28,110 bases of DNA from UHGV virus genome UHGV-0095852. The stretch is one strand, 5' to 3'. The notes under the pieces are model-generated. The model made no database searches and had not been told where the DNA came from. It worked only from the letters and a program-made list of their open reading frames with translations. This stretch comes from a virus. The position numbers were made by a program, and so were the translations under genes. This document shows, in pieces, positions 26,072-28,110 of the stretch (position 1 is its first letter; each line of letters starts with the position of its first letter).

Positions 26072-26491
26072 GGCTCGGCGCTGCCCGTTGGTGTGCCTGT
26101 TCCGTGGCCCTCAGCCACGCCGCCAACGGGGTGGCTGAAATGTAACGGAGCAGCATTTTCTTCTGAAAAGTACCCAAATCTGGCAAAGGTTTACCCCACT
26201 AATAAATTGCCGGATTTACGGGGAGAATTTATTCGCGGTTGGGATGATGGGCGCGGGATTGATGCGGGACGTACCCTGCTTTCAGGGCAGGATGGTACAA
26301 GTTTTTCTCATTACGGAGGTAATTTCGACATTGGGTCTGGTCATTCAATCAATAACTATGACCAAATTGTTTCTAACCAACCAGGATTTTCCCGTTTTTC
26401 ATTTGCAGGGCCTTCACGAGGTGATGGGGTTAATTATGTAACCATTCGTCCTCGTAACATTGCGTTTAATTATATCGTAAGGGCGGCATGA
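26063..26491 (+). CDS. tail fibre C-terminal variable cassette 1 (promoterless gene segment)
   Basis: Conserved start GEGSALPVGVPVPWPSATPPTGWLKCNG, unique middle, conserved end RPRNIAFNYIVRAA; no ATG or RBS of its own. Confidence 0.7.
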   Translation: MGEGSALPVGVPVPWPSATPPTGWLKCNGAAFSSEKYPNLAKVYPTNKLPDLRGEFIRGWDDGRGIDAGRTLLSGQDGTSFSHYGGNFDIGSGHSINNYDQIVSNQPGFSRFSFAGPSRGDGVNYVTIRPRNIAFNYIVRAA

Positions 26492-26510
26492 AAACGTTGG
26501 TTTAGGGGAA
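26485..26510 (+). other. 26-bp recombination crossover-type site 2 (minus-strand reading TTCCCCTAAACC AA CGTTTTCATGCC)
   Basis: Same structure as site 1, at the junction between cassette 1 and cassette 2. Confidence 0.55.
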
Positions 26511-26930
26511 GGCTCTGCATTGCCCGTTGGTGTACCTGTTCCGTGGCCCTCAGCCACACCGCCAACGGGGTGGCTGAAATGTAACGGAGCAGCATTTTCT
26601 TCTGAAAAATACCCAAATCTGGCAAAGGTTTACCCCACTAATAAATTGCCGGATCTACGGGGCGAATTTATTCGAGGTTGGGATGATGGACGAGGTGTGG
26701 ACAATGGGCGAGCATTATTAAGCAGCCAAGAGGCTACAAACTTTTCTCAGCGTGCCGGAAATATAGGCGATGGTGCGGGGCACGCAATTAATTTTCATGA
26801 TGGCATCGTCGGAAATCAGCCAGGATTTTCACGATTTAATTTCACCAGTAACTCTGTAGGTGATGGTATAAATTTTGTTGCTGTCAGGCCGCGAAATATC
26901 GCATTTAATTACATCGTAAGGGCGGCATAA
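26499..26930 (+). CDS. tail fibre C-terminal variable cassette 2 (promoterless gene segment)
   Basis: Frame open from the crossover site (GRHENVGLGEGSALPVG ...); same conserved ends as cassette 1, different central part. Confidence 0.7.
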   Translation, partial: GLGEGSALPVGVPVPWPSATPPTGWLKCNGAAFSSEKYPNLAKVYPTNKLPDLRGEFIRGWDDGRGVDNGRALLSSQEATNFSQRAGNIGDGAGHAINFHDGIVGNQPGFSRFNFTSNSVGDGINFVAVRPRNIAFNYIVRAA

Positions 26931-26949
26931 AAACGTTGGTTTAGGAGAA
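26924..26949 (+). other. 26-bp recombination crossover-type site 3 (minus-strand reading TTCTCCTAAACC AA CGTTTTTATGCC)
   Basis: Same structure as sites 1 and 2, at the junction between cassette 2 and cassette 3. Confidence 0.55.
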
Positions 26950-27399
26950 GGCTCGGCGCTGCCCGTTGGTGTACCTGTTCCATGGCCCTCAGCCACACCT
27001 CCAACGGGGTGGCTGAAATGCAATGGTGCAGCATTTTCTTCTGAAAAGTACCCAAATCTGGCAAAGGTTTATCCCACCAATAAATTACCGGATTTACGCG
27101 GTGAGTTTATCCGTGGTTGGGATGATGGGCGAGGTGTGGATGCGGGAAGGGTCATCTTAAGCATACAGGGGTGGTTAACAGGAAGTCATTATCATAATAT
27201 TCGGTCATGGGACGCGTGGGATAACACGGTATTGGTGCCAAATGACAGAGGGGGGGATAGTCTGTTGTCGACAGATAACGCCGTCCAAGAAGGAGCGATT
27301 AATGGTAAATTTACCAGTCAATACAGAACGGAGTTATCTGGGGGGAATGAAACCCGCCCACGTAACATTGCCTTCAATTATATTGTGAGAGCAGCATAA
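26938..27399 (+). CDS. tail fibre C-terminal variable cassette 3 (promoterless gene segment), followed by a tail fibre assembly gene
   Basis: Frame open from site 3 through the stop at 27399; the ORF track shows only the part after the first GTG (27136). Confidence 0.7.
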   Translation, partial: GLGEGSALPVGVPVPWPSATPPTGWLKCNGAAFSSEKYPNLAKVYPTNKLPDLRGEFIRGWDDGRGVDAGRVILSIQGWLTGSHYHNIRSWDAWDNTVLVPNDRGGDSLLSTDNAVQEGAINGKFTSQYRTELSGGNETRPRNIAFNYIVRAA

Positions 27400-28010
27400 T
27401 GGATAATGCGATATTAAATAGCGAACTTATAGCCATACAGGCAGGAAACATTATCGTTTATAACTATGATGGTGGTAATCGGGAATATATTTCTGCATCA
27501 ACTGAATATCTTGCTGTTGGCGTTGGTATTCCGGCAAATTCTTGTTTGGATGCTCCAGGCTCACATAAAGCAGGTTATGCGATTCTCCGTTCAGAGGATT
27601 TAAGTTCATGGGAGTATGTGCCAGATCATCGTGGCGAAACTGTCTATAGCATTGACACTGGGAATCCCGAAGAAATCACGGTGTTGGGTGACTATCCGGA
27701 AAATACAACCACTATCGCCCCGCTAACACCATACGACAAATGGGATGGAGAGAAATGGGTGGTTGATACTGAGGCTCAACATAGTGCAGCTGTAGATGCA
27801 GCAGAAACAAAACGTCAGTCATTGATTGATACTGCGATGGATTCCATTAGTCTGATTCAGTTGAAATTACGGGCTGGACGGAAGTTGACGCAGGCAGAAA
27901 CCACGCAGCTTAACTCCGTGCTAGATTATATAGACGAGCTGAACGCGATGGATTTAACCACGGCACCAGATCTCAACTGGCCTGAAAAACAACTTTCTAC
28001 AGCCAGTTGA
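27399..28010 (+). CDS. tail fibre assembly protein (chaperone)
   Basis: Start overlaps the cassette 3 stop (TAATG); C-terminal TTAPDLNWPEK matches the conserved tail fibre assembly C-terminal motif. Confidence 0.8.
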   Translation: MDNAILNSELIAIQAGNIIVYNYDGGNREYISASTEYLAVGVGIPANSCLDAPGSHKAGYAILRSEDLSSWEYVPDHRGETVYSIDTGNPEEITVLGDYPENTTTIAPLTPYDKWDGEKWVVDTEAQHSAAVDAAETKRQSLIDTAMDSISLIQLKLRAGRKLTQAETTQLNSVLDYIDELNAMDLTTAPDLNWPEKQLSTAS

Positions 28011-28015
28011 TATAA

Positions 28016-28110
28016 TTAATCCGCCCTCACAATATAATTAAATGCAATATTACGAGGGCGGGTTTCTAAGCCAGCAGTACCTAAATTAGCTACGGACTGT
28101 TTATATGTTT
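28016..28110 (-). CDS. 3' end of a tail fibre gene or cassette (partial, 5' end beyond the window)
   Basis: Minus-strand frame open to the window edge and ending GLETRPRNIAFNYIVRAD-stop, the same C-terminal signature as cassettes 1-3. Confidence 0.6.
   Translation of the reverse strand, partial: TYKQSVANLGTAGLETRPRNIAFNYIVRAD
28021..28063. terminator. palindrome CCGCCCTC ... GAGGGCGG between the convergent assembly gene and minus-strand fibre segment; possible bidirectional terminator
   Basis: 8-bp perfect arms read directly; followed by GTTTCT on the plus side. Confidence 0.35.

Larger units (their letters stand above)
26046..27135 (+). repeat. three tandem copies of a conserved block of about 195 bp (crossover site plus conserved 5' part of each cassette), period about 438 bp
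   Basis: Near-identical DNA at 26046-26245, 26485-26683 and 26924-27123. Confidence 0.8.

Noticed and set aside
26046-27135. Possible CRISPR array suggested by three evenly spaced repeats
   Set aside because: The repeat unit is about 195 bp and protein-coding (conserved tail-fibre block), the period is about 438 bp, and no short palindromic repeat-spacer structure exists.
1-28110. Search for tRNA genes, IS elements or transposase genes, loxP and P1 parS heptamer boxes
   Set aside because: No cloverleaf-compatible sequence with a GTTCRANYC T-loop, no transposase-like ORF with terminal inverted repeats, no ATAACTTCGTATA and no ATTTCAC / TCGCCA box array were seen; absence judged by eye only.

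Overview
The window reads as a segment of a P1-family temperate phage or phage-plasmid. This is inferred from gene content and order recalled from memory; no database search or HMM run was possible. Nearly all genes are on the minus strand. From left to right: (1) a structured non-coding stretch (1-878); (2) an accessory island (879-4044) holding a 406-aa coiled-coil protein flanked by two direct copies of a 21-bp operator-like motif, a VRR-NUC-type nuclease and small ORFs; (3) a 2279-aa DarB-like methyltransferase-helicase (4081-10920); (4) a divergent NlpC/P60-like peptidase gene; (5) an immunity-I-like module (operator motif, about 330 bp of repeat-rich non-coding leader, a 74-aa ORF translationally coupled to a Rha-family antirepressor-like gene) next to a 320-aa HTH protein with origin-like repeats inside and upstream of it; (6) prohead protease-like and portal-like genes; (7) a plus-strand two-gene module (Cys-rich protein plus XRE-type HTH protein); (8) a darA-type operon (holin-like, LydB-like, Hdf-like, DarA-like, DdrA-like, a 1013-aa DdrB-like protein carrying an HExxH motif, and a 97-aa acidic protein); (9) a degenerate invertase pseudogene, an intact Hin/Gin/Cin/Min-family serine invertase, three tandem promoterless tail-fibre C-terminal cassettes each preceded by a 26-bp crossover-type site, a tail fibre assembly gene, and the 3' end of a convergent tail-fibre segment cut by the window edge. 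No rRNA, tRNA, CRISPR array or IS element was found. Family names are from motif reading and synteny and should be confirmed by homology search.
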